Source: Polyangia bacterium
GTDB taxonomy: Bacteria; Myxococcota_A; Polyangia; JAAYKL01
Reading direction: 5' to 3'
Assembly: GCA_050287845.1 (NCBI GenBank)
Contig: JBNKCR010000018.1
Location: 15,268-79,267 of the forward strand
Length of the DNA stretch: 64,000 nt
In this document: in pieces, positions 18,091 through 27,251 of the stretch
How positions within the stretch are numbered: position 1 is the first letter of the stretch
How the letters are laid out: every line of letters starts with the position of its first letter
Program-made: the position numbers and the translations under genes
Notes under the pieces: model-generated
Seen by the model: only the letters and a program-made list of their open reading frames with translations
The model's database searches: none
Told to the model about the DNA's origin: nothing

Positions 18091-18966
18091 TCAGGGAATA
18101 ATTTTATTGATGGGATATTCGATAATGCCTTCAGCGCCCGCTTCTTTCAGTTTGGGCAGCAGTGTTCGCACGATGGATTCTTCGACAATAATTTCAATCG
18201 CACGCCAACTTTCATCGCTGAGATACGAAACGGTGGGGTTATGCAGTGAGGGCAGTAGCGCGATGATGGTATCCAACGTGTCCACGGAGCAATTCAATTT
18301 CAAACCAACAAAATTTCGCGCCCGGATGGCGGCTTCGAGCATAAGAGCGATTCTCGATATTTTGTTTCTCTTCCACGCATCTTTCATGGCGTCGCGATTG
18401 GCAATCAGTCGCGTGGTTGAAATTTGGATATCGTCAATGATTTTGAGGTTATTGGCGCGCAAGGACGATCCGGTTTCGGTAATTTCCACAATGGCGTCGG
18501 CCAGCTTTGGGGGCTTGACCTCAGTGGCGCCCCATGAGAATTCAACCTTTGCGCTGACACCGTGTTTTTTCAGATATTCTCTGGTAAGATTCACTACTTC
18601 AGTGGCGATGGTCTTTCCTTCGAGATCTTTTGGGCCTTTTATATCAGAATCATTGGGGACGGCCAAAACCCATCGGACATTGCCGTAACTGGCTTTGGCG
18701 TATTCCAGCTCAGCGACCTGTTCAACATCTGAACCGTTTTCAACGATCCAGTCCAATCCGGTCAGTCCAATATCCAGAATCCCGTTCTCAACATATCGGG
18801 ACATTTCCTGGGCACGAATCAGCATGCATTCGATTTCAACATCATCAATGGATGGATAATAACTTCTGGAACGAAAAGTAATATTGTAACCCGCTTTGGC
18901 GAACAATGCGGCGGTGCTTTCCTGCAAACTGCCTTTGGGAATTCCAAGTTTCAATTTCTGGCTCAT
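18091..18966 (-). CDS. hisG: ATP phosphoribosyltransferase (long form)
   Basis: [37 protein letters not shown]-terminal regulatory domain GAEGIIEY. Confidence 0.96.
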   Translation of the reverse strand: MSQKLKLGIPKGSLQESTAALFAKAGYNITFRSRSYYPSIDDVEIECMLIRAQEMSRYVENGILDIGLTGLDWIVENGSDVEQVAELEYAKASYGNVRWVLAVPNDSDIKGPKDLEGKTIATEVVNLTREYLKKHGVSAKVEFSWGATEVKPPKLADAIVEITETGSSLRANNLKIIDDIQISTTRLIANRDAMKDAWKRNKISRIALMLEAAIRARNFVGLKLNCSVDTLDTIIALLPSLHNPTVSYLSDESWRAIEIIVEESIVRTLLPKLKEAGAEGIIEYPINKIIP

Positions 18967-18978
18967 AGCGACTCTCCC

Positions 18979-19374
18979 TTATTTTTTATATACCTGGCTC
19001 GGATCGAATACGATTTCCTCAACGATATTCAGCTCACCATCATCATCCAGCCGGCGATAAAAACATGAATTATATCCCTTGTGACAAGCCGCGTTGCCGA
19101 TTTGATTCACTTTCACCAGAACGGTGTCTTCATCACAATCCACGTAAATCTCTTTTACTTCCTGAATATTTCCCGAACTCTCTCCTTTGACCCACAACTG
19201 ATCACGGGATCGAGAATAAAAGGTGGCTTTCTTTGTTTTCACGGTATGCGCAAACGCTTCTTCGTTCATAAAGGCAACCATCAGAACTTTACCGGTTTCG
19301 TAGTCCTGAACAATTGCGGGCAATAGGCCGTTTCCAAGTTTGTCAAAGTTTAATTTCATTTTGAATAGCTCCAT
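18979..19374 (-). CDS. hisI: Phosphoribosyl-AMP cyclohydrolase
   Basis: GLLPAIVQD, YSRSR..LWVKGESSGN, DCDED, ACHKG..SCF; no fused HisE domain. Confidence 0.95.
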   Translation of the reverse strand: MELFKMKLNFDKLGNGLLPAIVQDYETGKVLMVAFMNEEAFAHTVKTKKATFYSRSRDQLWVKGESSGNIQEVKEIYVDCDEDTVLVKVNQIGNAACHKGYNSCFYRRLDDDGELNIVEEIVFDPSQVYKK

Positions 19375-19417
19375 CAGTGGCTGGAATTATCGGGTGTTTG
19401 CGACCAGAGACAGGCGG

Positions 19418-19445
19418 ATAATAGAGAATATTTTTTGTTTTGCAA
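19418..19445 (-). promoter_or_regulatory. Putative sigma70 promoter of hisI-hisG
   Basis: Minus strand TTGCAA-N16-TATTAT. Confidence 0.5.
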
Positions 19446-19481
19446 CGCCAGATTGTGTTTTTGGAAGAAAAAAGATGAATG

Positions 19482-19522
19482 AAAAAGATTCAGCGGGAAG
19501 AATCAGATGCGATTTCTGAATC
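19482..19522 (-). terminator. Putative intrinsic terminator of the FKBP gene
   Basis: GATTCAG/CTGAATC inverted repeat just after the stop, followed on the minus strand by TTTTT; AT-rich, weak stem. Confidence 0.4.
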
Positions 19523-19525
19523 GAA

Positions 19526-20413
19526 TTATTCAGCCGAGTTTTCTGCTGGTTTCGCTGCTGCTGCCGGCTTGGCTACCGCTGCTGGTTTAGCCGGTTTGGC
19601 CGCAGGCTTGGCCGCTTTAGCCGGTTTAGCCGCAGGCTTGGCCGCTGCTGCGTCCTGATTTTCTTCGTTGACGATTTCGAGCAGTTCGATTTCGAAAATA
19701 AGTGCGCTATTCGGACCAATTTTCGATCCAGCGCCGCGCTCCCCATAACCCAGATCCGGTGGAATAAACAGCGTCCATTTTGAACCGACTGGCATCAGTT
19801 GAAGCGCTTCGGTCCATCCTTTCACCACACGGCCAACGGGGAAAGTTGCCGGACGGTTGCGTTTGTAGGAGCTGTCAAACTCTGAACCGTCAATCAGCGT
19901 CCCTTTGTAGTGAACAGATACGCGATCTTCCGCAGTGGGTTTGGGACCATCGCCTTCTTTTTCGATTTTATACTGAAGTCCGGATTCCGTTGTAACAACG
20001 CCTTCCTTCTTTTTATTTTCTTCAAGGAATTCATCGGCCTTCTTTTTATTTTCAGCGGCAGAAGCTTCACGCTCTTTGCGTTCTTCCTCTCGTCTGATTT
20101 TTGAATGCTCGCGTTTCACTTCGATGCGCGCTTTATCATCCAGAAGCCCCGCCTCGGGGTCGTCCTTGTCGGCCATACCATCAACAACGCCTTTCAGAAA
20201 GACGTCGTTTTTCAGTTCCATTCGATTGCGGGACGCGGAACGTCCCACATCATATCCGACCGCATAGTTCAATTTGTCGTTCAGGTCCTTCAGATCCTTT
20301 TTCGTGACTTCAGCTTTCTTGGGCGCCTCCGGTTCTTTACATTCGGGGCAGGGCTTATTATTGCATGCAACAAACAGCAGAGTTACGGCACAGGTTGCAA
20401 TCACTTTGTACAT
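19526..20413 (-). CDS. FKBP-type peptidyl-prolyl isomerase (FkpA/Mip-like lipoprotein) with an AKPA-repeat tail
   Basis: Lipobox FVAC; NYAVG; TTESGLQY; VHYKG..FDSS; VVKGWTEAL; GYGERG; start at MYKV after GGAG. Confidence 0.93.
   Translation of the reverse strand: MYKVIATCAVTLLFVACNNKPCPECKEPEAPKKAEVTKKDLKDLNDKLNYAVGYDVGRSASRNRMELKNDVFLKGVVDGMADKDDPEAGLLDDKARIEVKREHSKIRREEERKEREASAAENKKKADEFLEENKKKEGVVTTESGLQYKIEKEGDGPKPTAEDRVSVHYKGTLIDGSEFDSSYKRNRPATFPVGRVVKGWTEALQLMPVGSKWTLFIPPDLGYGERGAGSKIGPNSALIFEIELLEIVNEENQDAAAAKPAAKPAKAAKPAAKPAKPAAVAKPAAAAKPAENSAE
19545..19652 (-). repeat. Coding tandem repeat (AKPA/AAKP)
   Basis: Near-duplicated unit TTTAGCCGGTTT(G/A)GCCGCAGGCTTGGCCGC; encodes AAAAKPAAKPAKAAKPAAKPAKPAAVAKPAAAAKPA. 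Confidence 0.85.
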
Positions 20414-20616
20414 GGCTTTCTCCTTTTCATTATTGAATCTAATCAAATAACGTATGTCTCACCGGGGACCATATTGCGGTGTTTCTGATTTTCATCGCAG
20501 AATTCCGTATTCTTCGTTCAATCAGACATCCACCGATGTGGTCCAGTGAACGGGATATTTTCAGTTCGATCGCATTCCGTCAATCCCGAAAACTGTTTTT
20601 TTTAATGACAGTAAGA

Positions 20617-22710
20617 TTATTTACGAAATATCACTCGCTGCATTTTCTTGCGAACACCGAGATATTTCTGCACAAGAGTCCTATATTCCGTAGAAATCTT
20701 TCCTGTCGGATTGTAAATATTATTCATTTCTCTTCGATCCTTTTTCAGATTGAAAAGTTCATAGTATTTTGATGCGAAATCATAGTGAATGCGCAAATCA
20801 CCTTTTTGCAATGCCACCTCTGACCGTTTCACACCAAGCAGTTCAACAATAACCGCGTTATCCGTATTCTTCATCATCGGACCGAAATCATTTCTGATCC
20901 GGTTGGCAGCAGCTGCGAACAGCGGTTTGGGACCTTTGAGGAATAGCCATGGGAACAGATACATGGTCGACGTGGGTTCGGAAATGATGTGTCCATTGAC
21001 ACCGGGAATACGGATGATCAGGGCGACATTTGATCCTTCCACGTAGATGCAGTTGTGTCCATCCCGACCGTGTTCTTTGAATTCTTCCCCATGGTCACCC
21101 ATGACGATGACAATTGTTGATTTGTCCAGCTGTTGTTTCTTCAGATGTGCAAGTATTCTGGAAAGTTGCTCGTCTGAATAGCGGATTTCCTGCCGAAAGC
21201 GCTGTATATCAGTTTCATCGGGCATGTCCTTATAATGAGTCAGATAGCTGGCATGCGGCGCACTGAGGAACACCCAACCGAAAAATGGCTTCTTGTCTTC
21301 CAGTGAATGGTCAATTTCCTGAATGGCTTTATCGGCAATAAGGCGATCGCATTTGCTGCTTTTCGTGCTTCGACAAATCAGATGGTTCCGCTCGAATCCC
21401 TGTTCGAAACCGTGATTCAGCTTTGAAAATACTCTGGCAAAATTGTGCGAAACCCGGAATGTCTGATATCCGGCTTTTTGCAGAAGCTCGGCAACGGTGA
21501 TTTCAGATTCTTCCAAACTTCCAAATGCCGGATTCCGGCTCAGTCGAAGTCTGGTGAACGAAGGGTATGTCATGGACATGAGCGATGAAAGGGAAACCAT
21601 TGTCTTCATTGATGATGAAAATGCGAACTCGAACGAGTAGGCCCCGTCTTTTCGCATTTTTTCAAGTGTCGGAGTGTTTCGCCATTTCCTGTTGTACAGC
21701 GAGGTCTGATCGTAACGAAGTGATTCCACTGTGACCAGTAAGATGTTGTAGTCCTTAAGAGAAAAAGTCGGGGGGAGGGTCGGGAACTGAGTCGCTTTGA
21801 GGAAATCATGCTGATGCAGTTTTCCAGCAGCAAGATTCACCGTTGTATCCGCTTCGGGGGCGACAATATCACGATCGATCATATTGGCCTGTCCCAGAAG
21901 GGTATACCGCTCATACAGAGGGGTTGTCGTGGAAAACTGATTCGCAGATGAAAAGTGCGGAACCAGAAAGAAAACGTGGGCAAAAATGAGTAGCCAGATG
22001 CTCTGGAACACACGGAATCCCCGCGACTGAGATGTGAGTCGGGAGAGCAACAATCCGAGTCCGAGGGTAAACAGGATGAAGGTGAACGACAGTATACTCA
22101 GATGCAGGGTGGGATAGACATCCGGATAGAGAATAAAATTGAGATAGTGCAATATAGCGGCCGCTGCGATTACCACAGACGGCGGCAGAAATTTACGCAT
22201 CATGTGTTGCCGGCGATGCTTCCATGTGTCTGAGACAGGCGCCAACATCTCGAGATATATCACTGAAAGGAATATTCCCCCCAGAACAAATACGACGGCA
22301 AACAGCCAGTATCCCTGAAAGCGTATATAACTCGTTAAACAGTTATATATCATCAAGGTGATCAGCACACACCATGCGAGGCCAATACATGCAATGACAG
22401 GCCGGTGCCCTGGCACCCGTTGATATGCGTAAAGAGTCAGTGCGATTTGTCCCAGATAAATGATGTCGTATCGCAAGTGATGCAGTGCGCCGTTCAATGA
22501 CAAGGTGAGCACATGAAACCAGCGACCGGGTTTCAGCAGCAGCATATCTCCTGGGATATGCAATATTTCCAGCGCAGCCAGCAGTATCAGCGCTATTGAA
22601 AACGCAAAGAATATGTGAAGAATGCCCGGTGGGGAAAGCTGCTCGGGGGGAAAGAAAAACTTTCCTGATAATGTTGAGAGATATCGACGGAAATTGGATT
22701 GTGAAAGCAT
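20617..22710 (-). CDS. Multi-TM membrane protein with alkaline-phosphatase-superfamily (sulfatase-like) domain
   Basis: About 7 hydrophobic segments, then NILLVTVESLRYD, NTPTL, KPFFGWV, PHASY, GDHGEEF..HG..GH; start uncertain. Confidence 0.85.
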   Translation of the reverse strand: MLSQSNFRRYLSTLSGKFFFPPEQLSPPGILHIFFAFSIALILLAALEILHIPGDMLLLKPGRWFHVLTLSLNGALHHLRYDIIYLGQIALTLYAYQRVPGHRPVIACIGLAWCVLITLMIYNCLTSYIRFQGYWLFAVVFVLGGIFLSVIYLEMLAPVSDTWKHRRQHMMRKFLPPSVVIAAAAILHYLNFILYPDVYPTLHLSILSFTFILFTLGLGLLLSRLTSQSRGFRVFQSIWLLIFAHVFFLVPHFSSANQFSTTTPLYERYTLLGQANMIDRDIVAPEADTTVNLAAGKLHQHDFLKATQFPTLPPTFSLKDYNILLVTVESLRYDQTSLYNRKWRNTPTLEKMRKDGAYSFEFAFSSSMKTMVSLSSLMSMTYPSFTRLRLSRNPAFGSLEESEITVAELLQKAGYQTFRVSHNFARVFSKLNHGFEQGFERNHLICRSTKSSKCDRLIADKAIQEIDHSLEDKKPFFGWVFLSAPHASYLTHYKDMPDETDIQRFRQEIRYSDEQLSRILAHLKKQQLDKSTIVIVMGDHGEEFKEHGRDGHNCIYVEGSNVALIIRIPGVNGHIISEPTSTMYLFPWLFLKGPKPLFAAAANRIRNDFGPMMKNTDNAVIVELLGVKRSEVALQKGDLRIHYDFASKYYELFNLKKDRREMNNIYNPTGKISTEYRTLVQKYLGVRKKMQRVIFRK

Positions 22711-22841
22711 TGACACCGACCCGTGAGCTTTTCACCATGGCGAAAAGGGCATTCGTGTTGAAAAACCGGTTATAGAAGCATAGGGCTCAAAATCAAGTGC
22801 ATTTTGCAATGGTGGGAACAAATGTCGCTGTCTGAGCACAC

Positions 22842-23465
22842 TCACATTCGACGATAAACGCCCATGACCACCCCCAGCAATTGCATGGGGAGAAAATCCT
22901 GGCGACGTACCATCACAGGAGCACAATTGCTGTTTGCGGGAACAAACCGGATATGATCACGCTCGGGATGATAGTACCGAACCGCTGCGTTGTCGCCGAG
23001 CAGCGCCACAACGACATCGCCTTTTTCGGCAAACATCTGTTTTTTCACAAAAATAAAATCGCCGTTGTGAATTCCGGCCTGAAGCATGGCATCGCCGTTT
23101 ACCCACATGCCAAAAACTTCTTTGGTGTTGCCAAGAAGGAATCGGTCAACCGTAATGTAGTCTTCAATATTCTGTTCGGCCAGAACAGGTTGTCCGGCTG
23201 TGACCCGACTCACAACAGGAATCTTCACGGTATCCACCTGCTTTTTTTCTTCCATGTTCACAGGTCGGAGTGCCCGGGATTTCATATCTTCCCGTTTGAG
23301 ATACCCCTTTCGTTCCAATGCGCGGAGATGATCGTTCACGCCATTGGTTGAACGAATCCCCATGTGACGTCCAATTTCTCTCAGTGTTGGGGGATAGCCA
23401 CGATCTGCAATGGAACTGGTGATATAATCGAGAACTTTTTCCTGTCTCTTGGTCAATCCTTGCAT
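22842..23465 (-). CDS. lexA: LexA repressor, Myxococcus-type; both catalytic dyad residues substituted
   Basis: LTKRQ, GYPPTLREIG, STNGVNDHL, RVTAGQP, S24-like C-terminal domain; GGAGGAG RBS before MQGL. Confidence 0.95.
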   Translation of the reverse strand: MQGLTKRQEKVLDYITSSIADRGYPPTLREIGRHMGIRSTNGVNDHLRALERKGYLKREDMKSRALRPVNMEEKKQVDTVKIPVVSRVTAGQPVLAEQNIEDYITVDRFLLGNTKEVFGMWVNGDAMLQAGIHNGDFIFVKKQMFAEKGDVVVALLGDNAAVRYYHPERDHIRFVPANSNCAPVMVRRQDFLPMQLLGVVMGVYRRM

Positions 23466-23521
23466 ATAAAATACTCCTCCACAAAAAGACAACCTGTTAT
23501 TTGGTGCAGTAATTGATTGTT

Positions 23522-23551
23522 ATACTACTGAACAGCCGGTTACGGAGTCAA
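23522..23551 (-). promoter_or_regulatory. Putative sigma70 promoter of lexA with a LexA-box-like site in the spacer
   Basis: Minus strand TTGACT-N18-TAGTAT; the spacer holds GTTCAG (CTGAAC at 23528-23533 on +), resembling the Myxococcus LexA half-site as recalled. Confidence 0.55.
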
Positions 23552-23597
23552 ATAAGTGACCATTTTAGGTGAATTTCATGAAAATATCTGATGGATA

Positions 23598-26500
23598 CTA
23601 ACGGATATCAATTTGTCCACTGTTCATATGTTCGGTTGTCCGCAGGAATTGCTGATAATCGGAATAGTGTTCCGGAGAAACGCGGTCGATGTGAATATCA
23701 GCGGTCATCTCCACCGTTAATTGTTGATTCCCTTGCGAAAACTGCTGACAGTAGCCGGCTTGCGGCGTTGTGATACGGATGCATGCATCCTGGGGAGTCT
23801 TTTTCACTTTCATTGATGATGGCAGTGATATGTGCACGATTCGACGTGTTTTCTGGTAGGCAGCCAGCACCAGCGGCAGCATTCTCGAGGATTCGCCGCT
23901 GGAAAACTGCGTGAAATCCACCGACAGTGGCAGGTTTAAATGTTGCCCATCATCCGTGAACTGTACTATATCAGGTACGTCTATATTACATTCAACAATG
24001 AGCGGTTCCTGAAGTGCCGACTCATTACGTATGGTGTACGTATTGAGAACCGCTTCGGGAAAGTAGCCGCTGAGCAGATGGGTTTCAATCAGTTTTCGCC
24101 GTTGTGACGAGGGTTTCTGCAGTTCTTCGCGAAGATATGCCGCCTCGTCTCCCTTGAGTGACAGGGTAACAGTACCGGTCGCATTGCCATCAACCGAAAC
24201 CTTCAGTGATGCGTCCACTGTTGTTTCGTCTTCTGGAATCTGTCCCTTATCCATTTTTTCAATACTGCAACTTTGTGGAAGCAAAGTGGATTGATTTCGC
24301 AGGTGGGTGGGTATCAGACCAATTGGTCCGTATTTCTGATCGAGACTTATCCATCGGTTGTCTGAAAGCTTCACAACGGGAACGGTGTATCGGTTCAATT
24401 GGGCAACATTTGCCTGGGTGCTGTCGTCCCATGGGGTACTCGCGATGCCCAATTCGGCTGTCAGACCTGAAAGCCTGGCCATATATACAAAAAGTCGCGC
24501 TCTGTTTCCCCGTCGTCGACTGAATATATGGGAGGCTGGCTCAAACCACTGCATATCATCTGCTATGTTCGTCATAATCCAGTTGTATATTGCCGCTGCC
24601 TTTGCATCAGGATCCGGGCCTACATCTCTGAGAATATGGGTGTTGATAAACCGGATAATCTCCGGGTCCGGCTGGGATTTGCCATGAAGCTGTCTGTTCA
24701 GCCATTGGCAATATTCATTCATGGATGCATTGGCGGTGACACGCACGGATGGCAGATACTCCACCGGATCCGGTGCACTCGGTTCGCTGGATAAAGGGGG
24801 AATATTCCTGGCCCGAAAGGTGACAGTCTGTATTCCATCGAAATGGTTTTCTTCCGGTTGAGGTGCATTTCCCCGAATATCGTATTGCATTCGCGCCCCT
24901 GCCGGCGCGACAACAATCAGTTCAGAACGAACGAAGGTGGACTGAAAATCCCGGAAGAAAAAAGGTTCCGTGTCAAAACCACCGGGAAAGATTGAATGGG
25001 GCGGCGCATGGGTGAGGCTTTCAAACTCGATGAAATCTCCAACCGCCAGATGGGGCAGGGAGATACTGGATTTATACTCAACAGAAGTGGGATACAGAAT
25101 TTCGAGATTGGGTTTGATCACTCGGGCCGTCAGGATTTCCGCCCCTGGCGGTACGTCCAGTTCACCGTGGGTATCCACCGCATCTACGGAGTTCACTTTT
25201 CCAATCCAATGGGTCAGCTGCATGCCCGAACCGAAATCATCCACGAGATACACCATCCGGTCGAGAATCCACGCAAAATCGGTGGATACATCGGGATTCT
25301 CCGCAAGGTGCGCGCGGATGGTCTGAAGGCCGTCGATACGATAGGATTCAATTGCTGATTTTCCGGTGACGAGTTCGCATGTGTTAAAAAAGTCCGGATT
25401 CATTGGCCAGAGTGTCATTCTCCCACAGATTTTCCTGGCCTTTTTCACTTCTCCCGCTGCCAGGTAGGCATCAAGAAGCAGGATTTGGGTTTGAATGTCC
25501 AGAGGGAATTTCGATGCGGTTTCTTCAAGCTTGGAAATACTTTTCTGCAGGTGGCCGGCGTTTGACAATGTGCTGGCCACATTCAATTGCAAATCAAGGT
25601 TGTCGGGCTGCAAGGCCGCGATTTGGCGAATCCGGTTGGCCGCTTCGCTGAACTTTCCGTTCCGAGCCAATTCCGTGGCAAAAACCGATGATGCGGCCGC
25701 GCATTGAGAAATGTTTCTGGAAGCGCGTTCTGCAAGATCGTAGTTCTCATCGCCAAGGGCAAGGGCATATTCCCAGTTATGCACTGCACAGTTGGCGCCC
25801 ACCAGTTTCTTCAATTCATCCAGTGTGTGGTGTGCAGATTTCTTCCATTGATTGTCACGATAGTAATCCAGCAGGGTGAAATACAGGATCGGCTCCGTGG
25901 GCACCGTCGCAATCGCTTGTTCCAGCATCGCAATGGCATCTGCTGTTCTGCCATTCCGTTGTTCGTGCTCCGCGAGAAACACTGCGGCTCTGGCAAAATG
26001 GGCATTCTGTTCCAGGGCACCCCGATACAGCGAGCGCGCATTTTCCATACCGGTTTCAAACGCATTGAAGGGTGTCATCAGCTCGTATTCCGCACGACGC
26101 AACTGTAGCCGGGCAACGACGTGTTTACGAGGCACACGCGGATTGAGCCATGACACAGGGTCGACATTCCAGATATCGTATTGCATTTTGGCCAACGTGG
26201 CAGATTCGGTCTGCGGTACGGGAACCGGCATTGTATGAGTGGCGCCCGGCGCGGTATGATGGGCAGAGAGGCGCCAGACTGTACCCGAAGCGACAGCTTC
26301 CATCCCGTCGGTGAGCACAGAGAGGGAAAACGCCGGGGTATATTCCGGAGAATACGCTTCAATCCGTACTTCGTGGACCCCCTGTATCAATGGAACAGAA
26401 AACCACCTGTTCTCTGGAAGCCACCGGGCCTCAGACCTCTGTGCCCACGCCTCATGGCCATTAATCCATACGCGCATGTCCGCGGTGCCATGAAGACGAA

Positions 26501-27251
26501 AATAGAAGGTGCCGGACTGGTCTGCCCGAATGGTTGTTCTGGCCACCACTGTGCCGGAAAACTGATTCATCGGCGGGTCAGCGGTGATGTGACATACGGA
26601 ATACTCTCTGTCATGCACTGGCAATGAGGGGCGACCACCGCCACCTTCCAGCGCTTGGGGCCAGACATCCAGACGCCTCAGCGCTTCAACAGATTGCTGT
26701 CCCTTTCTATCCGCACCAAATGTTCCCGCGATGGTCCAGGAGGTGATGCAGCCGGTACTTGCCAGTACTGCAGCAGATTCCCCGGGATTCCCGCTGTTCT
26801 GGAGAAATGAAAAATGCAGGGTTTTCAGTTGAAACACGGCTTCTGGCGCCAACTCGCCAGGACGGTTGGACCAGCTGGTGAGCCATGGTGTGAGGCGGTC
26901 TTCGAAATCCCGGACCCTGTTGCGGATTTCCACAATCGCCACAGCCGCCGCCAGACCTTCCCAATGAAGCGCCCTGGATTTTCGCGCCGCTTCCACCGTC
27001 TCGATATAGCGCTCCAGTGCCAACTCCGGTCGGCCGGTGTCATTATATACAGTGGCGAGCAGAAACCGGTCTCCGGGGGTGTCGCGTTTTATCAGCTTCT
27101 GTTCGAGGTCGGCATCCTCTATGTCTGAGAAATACAGCGGCAAGACTTTTTCAGACAACGTTTTTGAATGCTTCAACCCTGATGCGCACCCGCAACAGAG
27201 CAGAAGGGGGGAAAGAATTATCCATACTGATTTCAGAGTTTGTTTCATCAT
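23598..27251 (-). CDS. Large lipoprotein: TPR + DUF3857-like + degenerate transglutaminase-like domain
   Basis: Lipobox-like CCGC; TPR-rich middle; LPHLAVGDFIEF (DUF3857-like); AIYNWI..I followed by RRGNR instead of the GDC catalytic motif. Confidence 0.8.
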   Translation of the reverse strand: MMKQTLKSVWIILSPLLLCCGCASGLKHSKTLSEKVLPLYFSDIEDADLEQKLIKRDTPGDRFLLATVYNDTGRPELALERYIETVEAARKSRALHWEGLAAAVAIVEIRNRVRDFEDRLTPWLTSWSNRPGELAPEAVFQLKTLHFSFLQNSGNPGESAAVLASTGCITSWTIAGTFGADRKGQQSVEALRRLDVWPQALEGGGGRPSLPVHDREYSVCHITADPPMNQFSGTVVARTTIRADQSGTFYFRLHGTADMRVWINGHEAWAQRSEARWLPENRWFSVPLIQGVHEVRIEAYSPEYTPAFSLSVLTDGMEAVASGTVWRLSAHHTAPGATHTMPVPVPQTESATLAKMQYDIWNVDPVSWLNPRVPRKHVVARLQLRRAEYELMTPFNAFETGMENARSLYRGALEQNAHFARAAVFLAEHEQRNGRTADAIAMLEQAIATVPTEPILYFTLLDYYRDNQWKKSAHHTLDELKKLVGANCAVHNWEYALALGDENYDLAERASRNISQCAAASSVFATELARNGKFSEAANRIRQIAALQPDNLDLQLNVASTLSNAGHLQKSISKLEETASKFPLDIQTQILLLDAYLAAGEVKKARKICGRMTLWPMNPDFFNTCELVTGKSAIESYRIDGLQTIRAHLAENPDVSTDFAWILDRMVYLVDDFGSGMQLTHWIGKVNSVDAVDTHGELDVPPGAEILTARVIKPNLEILYPTSVEYKSSISLPHLAVGDFIEFESLTHAPPHSIFPGGFDTEPFFFRDFQSTFVRSELIVVAPAGARMQYDIRGNAPQPEENHFDGIQTVTFRARNIPPLSSEPSAPDPVEYLPSVRVTANASMNEYCQWLNRQLHGKSQPDPEIIRFINTHILRDVGPDPDAKAAAIYNWIMTNIADDMQWFEPASHIFSRRRGNRARLFVYMARLSGLTAELGIASTPWDDSTQANVAQLNRYTVPVVKLSDNRWISLDQKYGPIGLIPTHLRNQSTLLPQSCSIEKMDKGQIPEDETTVDASLKVSVDGNATGTVTLSLKGDEAAYLREELQKPSSQRRKLIETHLLSGYFPEAVLNTYTIRNESALQEPLIVECNIDVPDIVQFTDDGQHLNLPLSVDFTQFSSGESSRMLPLVLAAYQKTRRIVHISLPSSMKVKKTPQDACIRITTPQAGYCQQFSQGNQQLTVEMTADIHIDRVSPEHYSDYQQFLRTTEHMNSGQIDIR

